64,000 bases of DNA from an uncultured delta proteobacterium (GTDB taxonomy: Bacteria > Desulfobacterota > Binatia > UBA9968). Made by a program: the position numbers and the translations under genes. This document shows positions 20,135-30,555 of this stretch, piece by piece; position 1 is the first letter of the stretch; each line of letters opens with the position of its first letter. Below the pieces are notes generated by a model. It saw only the letters and a program-made list of their open reading frames with translations, was not told the origin of the DNA and made no database searches. Location of the stretch: contig CAVXEP010000013.1 of assembly GCA_963760795.1 (NCBI GenBank), positions 224,001 through 288,000 on the forward strand, in the 5' to 3' direction.

Positions 20135-23100
20135 ATGCTTCTAATGGCACCCACGAGAAAAAAGGGTTCAAAGAGTACCAAGGCAAAACCGCTCCGTCCC
20201 GCGAGGCAAACGTTGGTGGCTAAACAAGCGCAGACGATCGCTGAGCTATGCCAGGAACTCGCTCAATCTGTGCAGCGGGAAAATGAGGCTCTGGAGCATC
20301 AGACGGCAACCGCCGAGGTGCTCAGCATCATCAGCCGCTCGCCCACGGACGTGCAGCCGGTGCTCGACGCCATCGTCGAGAGCGCGGCTAAGGTTTGTGG
20401 AATCGATGACGTGGTTCTGCGACTGCGCGAGCGCGACACGATGGCGGTGCGGGCTCATTTCGGCCCCATACCGACTGGGCGCACCTGAGATCAGCGTCGA
20501 TGACGCCACAGTTTCGCTGGATTCGCGAGCATGGCACACTCCACGTTCCCGACGCCAGAGCACCGAACGATTTTCCAGTAGGTGACTTCCGGCCTCTTTC
20601 GTTCGCTCGTTGGCTGTTCCCCTTCGTCAGCAGGGAGAATTTATTGGAGTCACTGAACGCACGTCGTACCGAGGTGCGCCCCTTCACCCCGGCGCAGATC
20701 AAGCTGCTCGAAACTTTCGCCGACCAGGCGGTGATCGCCATCGAGAACGTGCGGCTGTTTCAAGAACTCACTGAAGCGTTGGAACAGCAGACAGCGACGA
20801 GTGAAATCTTGGGCGTCATCGCTAGCTCGCCGACGGATATTCAGCCGGTATTGGATACGGTGGTTGAAAATGCTGTGCGGCTGGCCGGCGCTGAGAAAGG
20901 TCACATTTATCAATATGATGGAGAATTTCTTCGCGTCGTTGCGCAGTTTCAACGAGACCGTTGAAGAAATCGCAGTTATGCGTGACCAACCCATCCGCCC
21001 GTAACCTGGGAGTTTGAACAGTCGAGCGTTCCTCGAGGGACAACATTTCCAACGTCTTGACGCACAAGCGGACGCCAATTATGACGGCCCTGGCCGGCCG
21101 GCCGGTGCACGCTCCGCCCTGGCGGTTCCCCTGCTTCGCGAAGGAACAGCGATCGGAACCATTACAATCTGGCGTGATGTTGTGGAAGCATTTTCTGAGA
21201 GGCAAATTGAGCTGGTCAAAACCTTTGCCGCCCAAGCGGTGATCGCCATCGAGAATGTGCGCTTGTTCAAGGAACTCGGCGAGCGCAACGCGGAACTGCG
21301 CGAGGCGCTGGAGCATCAGACGGCGACGGCCGAGGTGCTCGGCATCATCAGCCGCTCGCCCACCGACGTGCAGCCGGTGCTCGACGCCATCGTCGAGAGC
21401 GCCGCGCGGGTTTGTGGGATCGATGACGTGGTGCTGCGACTCCGCGAGGGGAACAGTCTGGTTCCACGGGCTCATTTTGGTCCCATACCCATCGCCCGCG
21501 TCGAGATCAGTATTGATGAGCCACGATTTTCGCTGGATGCGCGAGCATGGCACGCTCCACATTCCCGACGTCCGCGAGCAGAACGACTTTCCAACGTTGG
21601 GTTCCACCGGCGGCTGGCGCACCTTCTTAGCCGTTCCCCTTCGTCAGCAGGGGGAACTCATTGGAGCACTGAACGCACGTCGCACCGAGGTACGCCCCTT
21701 CACCCCGGCGCAGATCAAACTGCTCGAAACCTTCGCCGACCAGGCGGTGATCGCCATCGAGAACGTGCGGCTGTTTCAAGAACTCAAGGAATCGTTGGAA
21801 CAGCAAACCGCGACGAGCGAGATCTTGGGCGTGATCGCCAGCTCGCCGACGGATATTCAGCCGGTGCTGGACGCCGTTGCCGAAAACGCTGCGCGGCTAT
21901 GCGAGGCAACCGATGCGCAGATCACGCGTGTCGACGGCGATGTCCTCCGTATCGTGGCTTCACATGGCTCGATCGCCGTGCCATCAAGTGCACGAGCGGA
22001 AGGTATCCCGATTCGCCGTGACATCGTTGCGGTCGAGCGGTCCTCGACCGTCGAACTGTTCACGTTGAAGACTCTGGCAGCCGAAATAGATGGCGAGTTC
22101 GCTGGAGCTAAGTATCTTCAGCAGATCACGGGCCAGCGTGCGACGCTTTCGACACCCTTGCTCCGCGAGGGTGTTGCCATAGGCGCGATCGTGATTCGAC
22201 GCATGGAGGTCCGGCCTTTCTCGGAAAAACAGATCAAGCTGCTCGAAACCTTCGCTGCACAAGCGGTGATCGCCATCGAGAACGTGCGCTTGTTCAAGGA
22301 ACTGCGGAGCGCAATGCGGAATTGCGCGAGGCGCTGGAGCATCAGACGGCGACGGCCGAGGTGCTCGGCATCATCAGCCGCTCGCCGACGGACGTGCAGC
22401 CGGTGCTCGACGCCATCGTCGAGAGCGCGGCGCGGGTTTGCGGGATCGATGACGTGGTGCTGCGACTCCGCGAGGGCGACGCTATGGTTGCACGGGCTCA
22501 TTTTGGCCCCATACCGATCGCGCGCATCGAGATCAGTATTGATGAGCCAGCAGTTTCGCTGGATGCGCGAGCATGGCACGCTCCACATTCCCGACGTCCG
22601 CGCCCAGAACGATTTCCCAACGTTAGGTTCCGTCGGCGCTGGCGCACCTTCTTGGCCGCTCCCCTTCGTCAGCAGGGGGAACTCATTGGAGGACTGATCG
22701 CACGTCGCACCGAGGTGCGCCCCTTCACCCCGGCGCAGATCAAACTGCTCGAAACCTTCGCCGACCAGGCGGTGATCGCCATCGAGAACGTGCGGCTGTT
22801 CAAGAACTCACGGAGGCGCTTGGAGCAGCAGACGGCGACGAGTGAGATCTTGGGCGTCATCGCCAGCTCGCCGACGGATATTCAGCCGGTGCTGGACGCG
22901 GTTGCCGAGAGCGCCGCCGCGTCTGTGCGACGCAAACGATGCGCAATTTGGCGTCGTTGACGGAGACATGTGCTTCGGCTGGCGCCTCACATGGATCGAT
23001 GCCTCTCGTCGCGGCCGAGAAGGTCGCCGATTGACTCGCGCTATCGGTGCGCGGTCCGAGCGATGCTCGACCGGCAGACGATTCACATTCCAGACATCTG

Positions 23101-26100
23101 CAGCCCGGACGCGCAAGACGAGATTTCCGGACAGCTCAGGTTCATTGCCAGGCGATCGGCTGTCCGAACCGTGCTTGGCGACGCCGCTGCTTCGCGAAGG
23201 TACGGCGATCGGGGTGATTCATGATCCGCCGAACGGAAGTCCGGCCGTTCACCGACAAGCAGATCGCGCTGCTCAAGACCTTCGCCGACCAAGCGGTGAT
23301 CGCCATCGAGAACGTGCGGCTGTTCAAGGAACTGCAGGAGCGCAACGCGGAATTGCGCGAGGCGCTGGAGCATCAGACGGCGACGGCCGAGGTGCTCGGC
23401 ATCATCAGCCGCTCGCCGACCGACGTGCAGCCGGTGCTCGACGCCATCGTCGAGAGCGCCGCCAGGGTTTGTGGGATCGAATACCTGACACTGCGACTCC
23501 GCGAGGGGAACGTGCTGATTCCGCGGGCTCATTTTGGTTCCATGCCCACCGCCCGCGCCGAGATCAGTGTTGATGAACCACGGTGTCGCTGGATGCGCGA
23601 GCACGGGACGCTTCACGTTCCCGATATCGCGCGCGCAGAACGATTTCACAAGGGCGGGTTACCGACAGCAACTCGAATCGCACCTTTTTGGCCGTTCCCC
23701 TTCGTCAGCAAGGGGAACTCATTGGAACACTGACTGCGCGTCGCACCGAGGTGCGCCCCTTCACCCCGGCGCAGATCAAGCTGCTCGAAACCTTCGCCGA
23801 CCAGGCCGTGATCGCCATCGAGAACGTGCGGCTGTTCAAGTTGCAAGAACTCAACCGGAGCTCAGCTTGGAGCAGCAGACGGCGACGAGTGAAATCCTGG
23901 GTGTGATCGCCAGTTCGCCGACGGACATTCAACCGGTGCTGGATACGCATCGCCGAAAGCGCGTGCGCGTGTGTGCGGCGCGACCGATGCGTCACGATTC
24001 GCCTGCTCGATGGCGAGATGTTCTTCGGGTCGTCGCCCACTATGGCGAGACTGCCGAAGCAAGTACGCCTGGCTGCAGAGCCGACCGGGACGTGTTGGAT
24101 TGCCGACTTCAGGCAATCGCGCATTCAGCGAGCGACAAGCCATCCACGATTGCCGATGCTGCAGGCAGAGCGAGATTCCCGAGCAGTCATTGCCGCACGG
24201 CATGGAGTCGAGACCATGCTTGTCAACGCCGCTGCTGCGCGAGGGCACGGCCATCGGGGTGATCAACATTCGTCGCGACGGAAGTGAAGCCTTTCACCGA
24301 CAAGCAGATCGCGCTTGCTGGAAACCTTCGCCGCCCAAGCGGTGATCGCCATCGAGAACGTGCGGCTGTTCAAGGAACTCGGCGAGCGCAACGCGGAATT
24401 GCGCGAGGCGCTGGAGCATCAGACGGCGACGGCCGAGGTGCTCGGCATCATCAGCCGCTCGCCGACGGACGTGCAGCCGGTGCTCGACGCCATCGTCGAG
24501 AGCGCCGCGCGGGTTTGCGGGATCGATGACGTGGTGCTGCGGCTCCGCGAGGGGAACGCTATGGTTTCGCGGGCTCATTTTGGTCCCATACCCATCAGCC
24601 GCGTCGAGATCAGTATTGATGAGCCACAGTATCGCTGGATGCGCGAGCATGGCACGCTCCACATTCCCGACGTCCGCGCGCAGAACGATTTCCCAACGTT
24701 GGGTTCCGTCAGCCAGTTGTCGCACCTTCTTGGCCGTTCCCCTTCGTCAGCAGGGGGAACTCATTGGAACACTGAACGCACGTCGCACCGAGGTGCGTCC
24801 CTTCACCCCGGCGCAGATCAAACTGCTCGAAACCTTCGCCGACCAGGCGGTCATCGCCATCGAGAACGTGCGGCTGTTTCAAGAACTGCAAGAACGCAAT
24901 CGCGAATCACCGAGCTCTGGAGCAGCAGACGGCGACGAGTGAAATTCTGGGCGTCATCGCCAGCTCGCCGACCGACATTCAGCCGGTGTTGGATGTTGTT
25001 GCGGAGAACGCAGCGCGGCTATGTGACGCGACCGATGCCAACATTTACCGTATTGACGGCGACTGGTTATCGGCTCGTGGCCTCATACGGAGCTATGCCT
25101 ATCCCCGACCGCGATAAACCGAGACCTCTCATTCGGGGTCATGCTCCAGCCAGAGCTATGATCGATCGAGCGGTCGTACACGTCGATGACATGTTGAGCC
25201 TGGAGGCTCAGGCCGAATTTCCTGAAGGCTGGGCTTTCACCCAGGCCGTCGGTCTACGTACTATGCTTAGTCGCACCGTTGCTGCGCGAGGGGGTCGCAA
25301 TCGGTGCGATCTTGATTCGCCGCACGGAAGTTCGCCCATTCATCGGACAAGCAGATTGCGCTTCTCAAAACCTTCGCCGACCAAGCGGTGATCGCCATCG
25401 AGAACGTGCGGCTGTTCCAAGAGCTCAAGGAATCACTGGAGCAGCAGACGGCGACGAGTGAGATTTTGGGTGTCATCGCTAGCTCGCCGACGGACATCCA
25501 ACCCGTGTTGGATGCAGTTGCGGCGAGCGCGGCGAGGCTGTGCGATGCCACGGATGCCACAGTCATTCGGCTCGACGGCGATGTTATGCATCAGGTGGCG
25601 GTCCATGGGTCGATGCCTGTCCCTGGGTCTCGACGAATAACCCACGGCACGCCCGTGGGCCGAGCTCTTATCGATCGAAGCACCATTCATATTCATGACC
25701 TCGTGGCGGAACTCGAAGCCGAATATCCGGAATCGAGGGATCGGCAGGGGCCGATCGGTACGCGCACGATGCTCATCACGCCGATGCTGCGCGAGGGAGC
25801 GCCGATCGGGGCTATCGTCATTCGCCGCATGGAGGTCCGCCCCTTCACGGAGAAGCAGATCAAACTGCTCGAAACTTTTGCCGCTCAGGCCGTCATCGCC
25901 ATCGAGAACGTGCGGTTGTTTCAAGAACTGCAAGAGCGAACCCAAGAGCTGATTAGGTCAGTGGGAGAGCTGAAAGCACTCGGCGAAGTCGGTCAGGCGG
26001 TTAGCTCGACTTTGGATTTCGAAACCGTGCTGACGCGCATCGTTTCCCATGCGGTCCAATTGAGCGGCACCGACGGCGGGGCGATTTACGAATACGACGA

Positions 26101-27203
26101 GCCGTCTGAAGAGTTCCTGCTGCGCGCCACCGATCATATGGAGGAAGAACTGATAACCGCTTTGCGGGCGAATCCCCCGCGTCTTGGCGACGGGTTAGTG
26201 GGGCGCGCGGCATTGGAGCCGGGAGCCGATTCAGATTCCCGATATTTCGCAATCTAGCGCCTACGCGCCGCGCATGCGCCAGATACTCGAACGCTTCGGT
26301 TTTCGTGCCAGCCTGGCCGTTCCCTTGTTACGTGAAGATCGCATCATCGGCGGCTTGGTAGTGCGACGAAAATCGATCGGCGAGTTTCGCCCCGAAGTCA
26401 TCGAGCTTTTGAAAACCTTCGCGACCCAGTCGGTGTTGGCGATCCAAAACGCCCGGCTGTTTCGCGAGATCGAGGAAAAGAGCCAGCAGATCGAAGCCGC
26501 CAACCGCCACAAGTCTGAGTTTCTCGCCAACATGTCGCATGAGCTGCGCACGCCGCTCAACGCCATCATCGGCTTCTCCGAAGTCCTGCAGGAAAGACTG
26601 TTTGGCGAGTTAAATGAAAAACAAGCCGAATACACTGACGACATCCTTACTTCCGGTCGCCATCTGCTGTCCCTCATCAATGAGATTCTCGATCTGTCCA
26701 AAGTCGAAGCCGGGCGCATGGAGCTGGAGACTGCTACGTTCGATCTGCCGTTGGCCATAGACAACGCCCGCACCTTCGTGCGCGAGCGGGCGACAAATCA
26801 TGGGATTACTCTAAATGTCAAAGTTGACGAGCGGCTCGGCGACATCGTCGGCGACGAACGCAAGATCAAGCAGATACTTCTGAATCTCTTATCCAACGCC
26901 GTCAAGTTCACGCCCGAGGGCGGACGGATAACAATTAACGCCAGACCGATTAACGGCGCAGTCGAGATTTCAGTAACCGACACCGGCATCGGCATCGCCG
27001 AAGAGGACCAGCCAAAAGTCTTCGAAGAGTTTCGTCAGGTGGGCAGCGACAACGCGAAAAAGGTCGAAGGCACCGGACTGGGCTTAACGTTGGCGAAGAA
27101 GTTTGTCGAGCTGCACGGTGGAAGGATTTGGGTCGAGAGCGAAGTGGGCAAAGGTTCCACTTTCGTGTTTACCCTGCCGACTGCCATGGCCGCACAGAGT
27201 TAG
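20135..27203 (+). CDS. Cytoplasmic multi-GAF (12 GAF) sensor histidine kinase, many frameshifts
   Basis: Repeated QTAT.E.L..I..SPTD.QPVLD ... [14 protein letters not shown] modules; His[15 protein letters not shown]; HATPase [22 protein letters not shown]. About 2350 codons if restored; no TM segments. Confidence 0.88.
20285..25940 (+). repeat. Tandem ~1.02-1.05 kb (A+B) GAF repeat units
   Basis: A modules start ~20285, 21302, 22328, 23359, 24404; B modules ~20779, 21795, 22820, 23867, 24917, 25436. Confidence 0.9.
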
Positions 27204-27382
27204 CGTTTGAAATTCAAATTCTAGACAGATGTGAGGTTAACACCCGAGGGCGAATCTCGAGAAGGCCAGTCCGTAGATGAAGGATTTACCCTCGGCGCCA
27301 ACGAGCGCTGGGCCGAGATAGGCTGCGGTTTGTTAGGGAGATAGGCCGCCGACTGCGGCGGTGTTTGACGGCTAGAAAATTA

Positions 27383-27411
27383 TTGACAAGTTGGGGTAGC
27401 CGGTGGATATT
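27383..27411 (+). promoter_or_regulatory. Possible sigma70 promoter upstream of the MOSC gene
   Basis: TTGACA, 17 bp spacer, GATATT (weak -10). Confidence 0.3.
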
Positions 27412-27455
27412 CCAACCCGTTCAGATTTCATTGGTGGAGCCGTCTTAGGAGATAG

Positions 27456-27504
27456 GCCGACCGGCAATTGTCGCCGCCTACGGCGGCTCACTTAATAGTT
27501 AGGC
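27456..27504 (+). other. Partial attC-like site (L'', L' and R' core GTTAGGC)
   Basis: GCCGACCG...CGGCGGCTCACTTAATAGTTAGGC. GCCG-A-CCG pairs with CGGCGGC leaving one bulged base; the core is 34 bp before the ATG. Confidence 0.55.
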
Positions 27505-27538
27505 TTACTATCGCAAGTGACTACGGAGGATTGAACCA

Positions 27539-28330
27539 ATGCCGCGCGTCGCTGCTCTGTATCGTTATCCTGTGAAGGGCTTCACTCCCGAAGAGTGTGA
27601 CACGTTGACGGTTCTCGACGAAGGGAGAATTGCCGGCGACCGTGTCCTCGGCATACGGTTTGCTGACACCGAAGCGGCCGATGATGCCTGGAGTAAGAAA
27701 ACGGGGATGGTGGCCCTTGTGAATACACCAGGGCTGGCACGTCTGCACATTAGGTTTGAGGAAGAGGCACTTCGGTTACGCATCAGCTTAGCCAGCACCG
27801 TCTTAGTGGATGAGGTACTCAATAATGATGGAAGAAAGCGGCTCGCGGCCGCGGTGGCGGATTATGTGCTCAAGCTCGACGAGAATCCGCTTTCTAGCCA
27901 CCCGGAGCGGCTCCCGCTACGGGTGGTTGGCGACGGCATCACGCCGCGATACCACGACGCCGAAGCAGGTCAGGTGACGCTACACGGCCGTGGGAGTCTC
28001 CAAGTGCTTACGGCTGCGATTGCGAACGCCGAAGTCAGCGAGCTTCGCTTTCGCTCAAACATTGCGGTTGAGAGGCTGGGAGCCTGGGAGGAGCAAAGCT
28101 GGGTGGGACGAAAGGTTCGCATAGGCACGGTCGACTTTGACGTGATAAAGCCCAAGCTCAGGTGCCTTGCTACGCATGCAAATCCTAAGACAGGTGAACG
28201 GGACTTGCCGATTTTGACGACCCTGACCAGGGTTTTTGGGCAGGAGCAGCCAACGTTTGCAGTGGCAATGGTTCCTAGTCACGGCGGCGGACAAATTCAC
28301 GCCGGCGATGAAGTCAGCCTCGTTGATTAA
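27539..28330 (+). CDS. MOSC domain-containing protein (MOSC_N plus MOSC)
   Basis: VAALYRYPVKG, GIAGDR-like RIAGDR, RFRSNI, EEQSWVG, RCLATHANP, GQIHAGD; RBS GGAGG. Confidence 0.92.
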   Translation: MPRVAALYRYPVKGFTPEECDTLTVLDEGRIAGDRVLGIRFADTEAADDAWSKKTGMVALVNTPGLARLHIRFEEEALRLRISLASTVLVDEVLNNDGRKRLAAAVADYVLKLDENPLSSHPERLPLRVVGDGITPRYHDAEAGQVTLHGRGSLQVLTAAIANAEVSELRFRSNIAVERLGAWEEQSWVGRKVRIGTVDFDVIKPKLRCLATHANPKTGERDLPILTTLTRVFGQEQPTFAVAMVPSHGGGQIHAGDEVSLVD

Positions 28331-28394
28331 AGACAGGTTAAGGCCAGATGGGTGGGACTAAAGGATTGTGCCAGGTTTCTATCAGTCCATTTTT

Positions 28395-28409
28395 GCCTAA
28401 CCATTCGCT
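28395..28409 (+). other. Truncated attC left end (R'' GCCTAAC-CATTCGCT)
   Basis: GCCTAAC is the exact reverse complement of GTTAGGC at 27498 and lies 65 bp after the MOSC stop. Confidence 0.5.
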
Positions 28410-28609
28410 TTAGACCGCTAACGACGCTGAATGTAAACCGCTTCGACTTGGAGAACCGCGAGATAGCCGAGTTCATCGGTCTGGAACTCGCTAGGCTGAT
28501 TGTTGACACTTGCTATCCTGAACTTCTGCGCGAGCGGGAGGAAACGGAGAGAGTTATTGAACGGCAAACCTTGAAATCGCCTTATCGACGTTAATCATTC
28601 CGGATAAGG

Positions 28610-29602
28610 GTGACCCCCGTGCACAAAAAAATCACCATATTGGTTCTCTGCGCTCTGCTCCTTGCTCCCTGTTTCCCCGCCCAAGCACAGCAGCCAACGA
28701 AAATCCCGCGGATAGGATTTCTAGCTGCTAACTCCCTTTCCTCCCTCTCGGCCCGCATTGAGGCATTCCGGCAAGGTCTGCGCGCACTTGGGTATGTGGA
28801 GGGGAAAAACATTGTCATTGAGTATCGATATGCAGAGGGAAATGCCGAGCGTCTCCCCGCGCTGGCGACCGAATTAGTGCAGCTAAATGTCGACATCATC
28901 GTCACGGCTGGCTCGGCATCGACCCGTCCCGCCAAGGAAGTAACTCGAATTATTCCCATTGTCATGGCGGCGGATAGCGATCCTGTTGGGACCGGTTTCG
29001 TCGTCAGTCTTGCGAGACCTGGGGGAAATATTACTGGATTGTCCAACCTCGCCCCGGAGATCAGCGGGAAACGACTGGAGCTTCTAAAAGAAACCGTTTC
29101 TAAACTCTCCCGCGTAGGCGTCTTCGGACAGTCGAGCACACCCGGTACCGCGCCAGCGTTGAGAGAGACGGAACTCGCTGCGGCGGCACTCAAGGTGCAA
29201 CTTCAATTCCTAGAGGTACGAGATCCCAAAGATATTGAGAATGCATTCCGAAGCGCAAGCAAGTGGCGCGCGGGGGGAGTCATCCTCTTGTCGAACCCGG
29301 TCTTCACTTCTCAGGGAAAACTACTTGCAGACCTCGCGGTAAAGAGCCGGCTGCCGGCTATATCTCAAATTAGTGAATTTGTGGATGACGGAGGGCTGAT
29401 GAGCTATGGCGTGAGCGTTGTCGACTTATACCGGCGTGCCGCCACTTATGTGGACAAGATTTTGAAAGGCCGAAAGCCCGTAGACCTTCCCGTGGAGCAG
29501 CCGATCAAGTTCGAGTTCATCATCAGCCTGAAGGCAGCGAAGCAGATCGGCCTGACGATTCCTCCCAATGTGTTGGTGCGGGCGGATCGGGTTATCAAAT
29601 GA
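28610..29602 (+). CDS. Orphan ABC_sub_bind protein
   Basis: Intact; RIGFL, GYVEGKNIVIEYR, LARPGGNITG, RADRVIK*. Confidence 0.92.
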   Translation: MTPVHKKITILVLCALLLAPCFPAQAQQPTKIPRIGFLAANSLSSLSARIEAFRQGLRALGYVEGKNIVIEYRYAEGNAERLPALATELVQLNVDIIVTAGSASTRPAKEVTRIIPIVMAADSDPVGTGFVVSLARPGGNITGLSNLAPEISGKRLELLKETVSKLSRVGVFGQSSTPGTAPALRETELAAAALKVQLQFLEVRDPKDIENAFRSASKWRAGGVILLSNPVFTSQGKLLADLAVKSRLPAISQISEFVDDGGLMSYGVSVVDLYRRAATYVDKILKGRKPVDLPVEQPIKFEFIISLKAAKQIGLTIPPNVLVRADRVIK

Positions 29603-29748
29603 CCCCGTCTTCAAAGCAGGAGTCCGCGACGATTTCCGGTAAGCATCAGGCGCCATCCCCCCGCTGAATGTGCTGACGGTAGAGGGTAATTTGATTAACA
29701 ATCCAAGACGCATAGGGCGAAAAGCAAAGGGTAAGATACGGAAGAAAT

Positions 29749-30342
29749 ATGAGAAACAACATGGTGCGTCTCACGCTTGTCGCTCTGCTCTTCGCGCTTA
29801 GCTTTTCCGCCGACGCCCAGCAGCCGGCGGGAACTCCCCGGATAGGAACCCTGGCCGCGGCCTCCGCGACCCCGGATCTAGGTGGCAAACGGTTGGAACT
29901 GCTCAAGGAAGTCTTCCCTAATCTTGACCGGGTGGCTTTCCTCTGGGAACCGGGTACTCCGAGAGGAAACGAGCCCCTCACAGATATGGAGGCTGCGGCC
30001 AAGGCGTTACGACTCACACTTATATCGATCGAGGTGCGAAGTGTTGGCGATTTTGAGGACGCATTTGCGCGAGTGAGAAAGGAACGCGCCCAGGCGCTCA
30101 TTATGAACCCAGGTCCACTTTTCAATACTCAGCAACGCCAAATCTTGGACTTCGCGGCAAAGAACCGGTTGCTGGCGATGTACCCAACCAGTGAATTTGT
30201 TGAGGCCGGCGGCTTGATGAGCTACGCGCCGATCGAGCAGCCGATAAAGTTTGAGTTCATCGTCAATCTGAAAGCGGCGAAGCAGATCGGCCTGACGGTT
30301 CCCTCGAATGTGCTGGCGCGGGCGGATAGGGTGATCAAATAA
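29749..30342 (+). CDS. Miniature ABC_sub_bind protein with two in-frame internal deletions
   Basis: RIGTLAAASA joined directly to TPDLGGKRLELLKE; GGLMSYA joined directly to PIEQPIKFE; signal peptide and RADRVIK* retained. Confidence 0.8.
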   Translation: MRNNMVRLTLVALLFALSFSADAQQPAGTPRIGTLAAASATPDLGGKRLELLKEVFPNLDRVAFLWEPGTPRGNEPLTDMEAAAKALRLTLISIEVRSVGDFEDAFARVRKERAQALIMNPGPLFNTQQRQILDFAAKNRLLAMYPTSEFVEAGGLMSYAPIEQPIKFEFIVNLKAAKQIGLTVPSNVLARADRVIK

Positions 30343-30555
30343 GCACGCGGCGATGCTAGGAGTGAACTGAATTTTCCATCTAACAAATCCTGTGAAAATT
30401 GCCTGTGGCGTCTTACAATTCAATCCTGCGGCATTCCGCGCGTTGCGACTCTTCAATTTAGTCCAACACGCTCGTTTTAGCGCTTTCCCGCAACTTGATT
30501 GTTTCCAAGCTTTGGGGATAAAACGCTTCACGATAGGCTGCTTTTGAGGCCGAGC

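Noticed and set aside
20285-25940. Diversity-generating retroelement explaining the variable GAF cores
   Set aside because: No reverse transcriptase or template/variable repeat pair; differences are not adenine-specific and include length changes.
28352-28594. 80-aa ORF after the MOSC gene
   Set aside because: No recognisable motif or RBS, and it overlaps the attC-like remnant; it may be a fragment but cannot be supported.
30370-30480. attC-like ATCTAAC and GTCCAAC upstream of the PrsW gene
   Set aside because: No complementary GTTRRRY partner or stem found.
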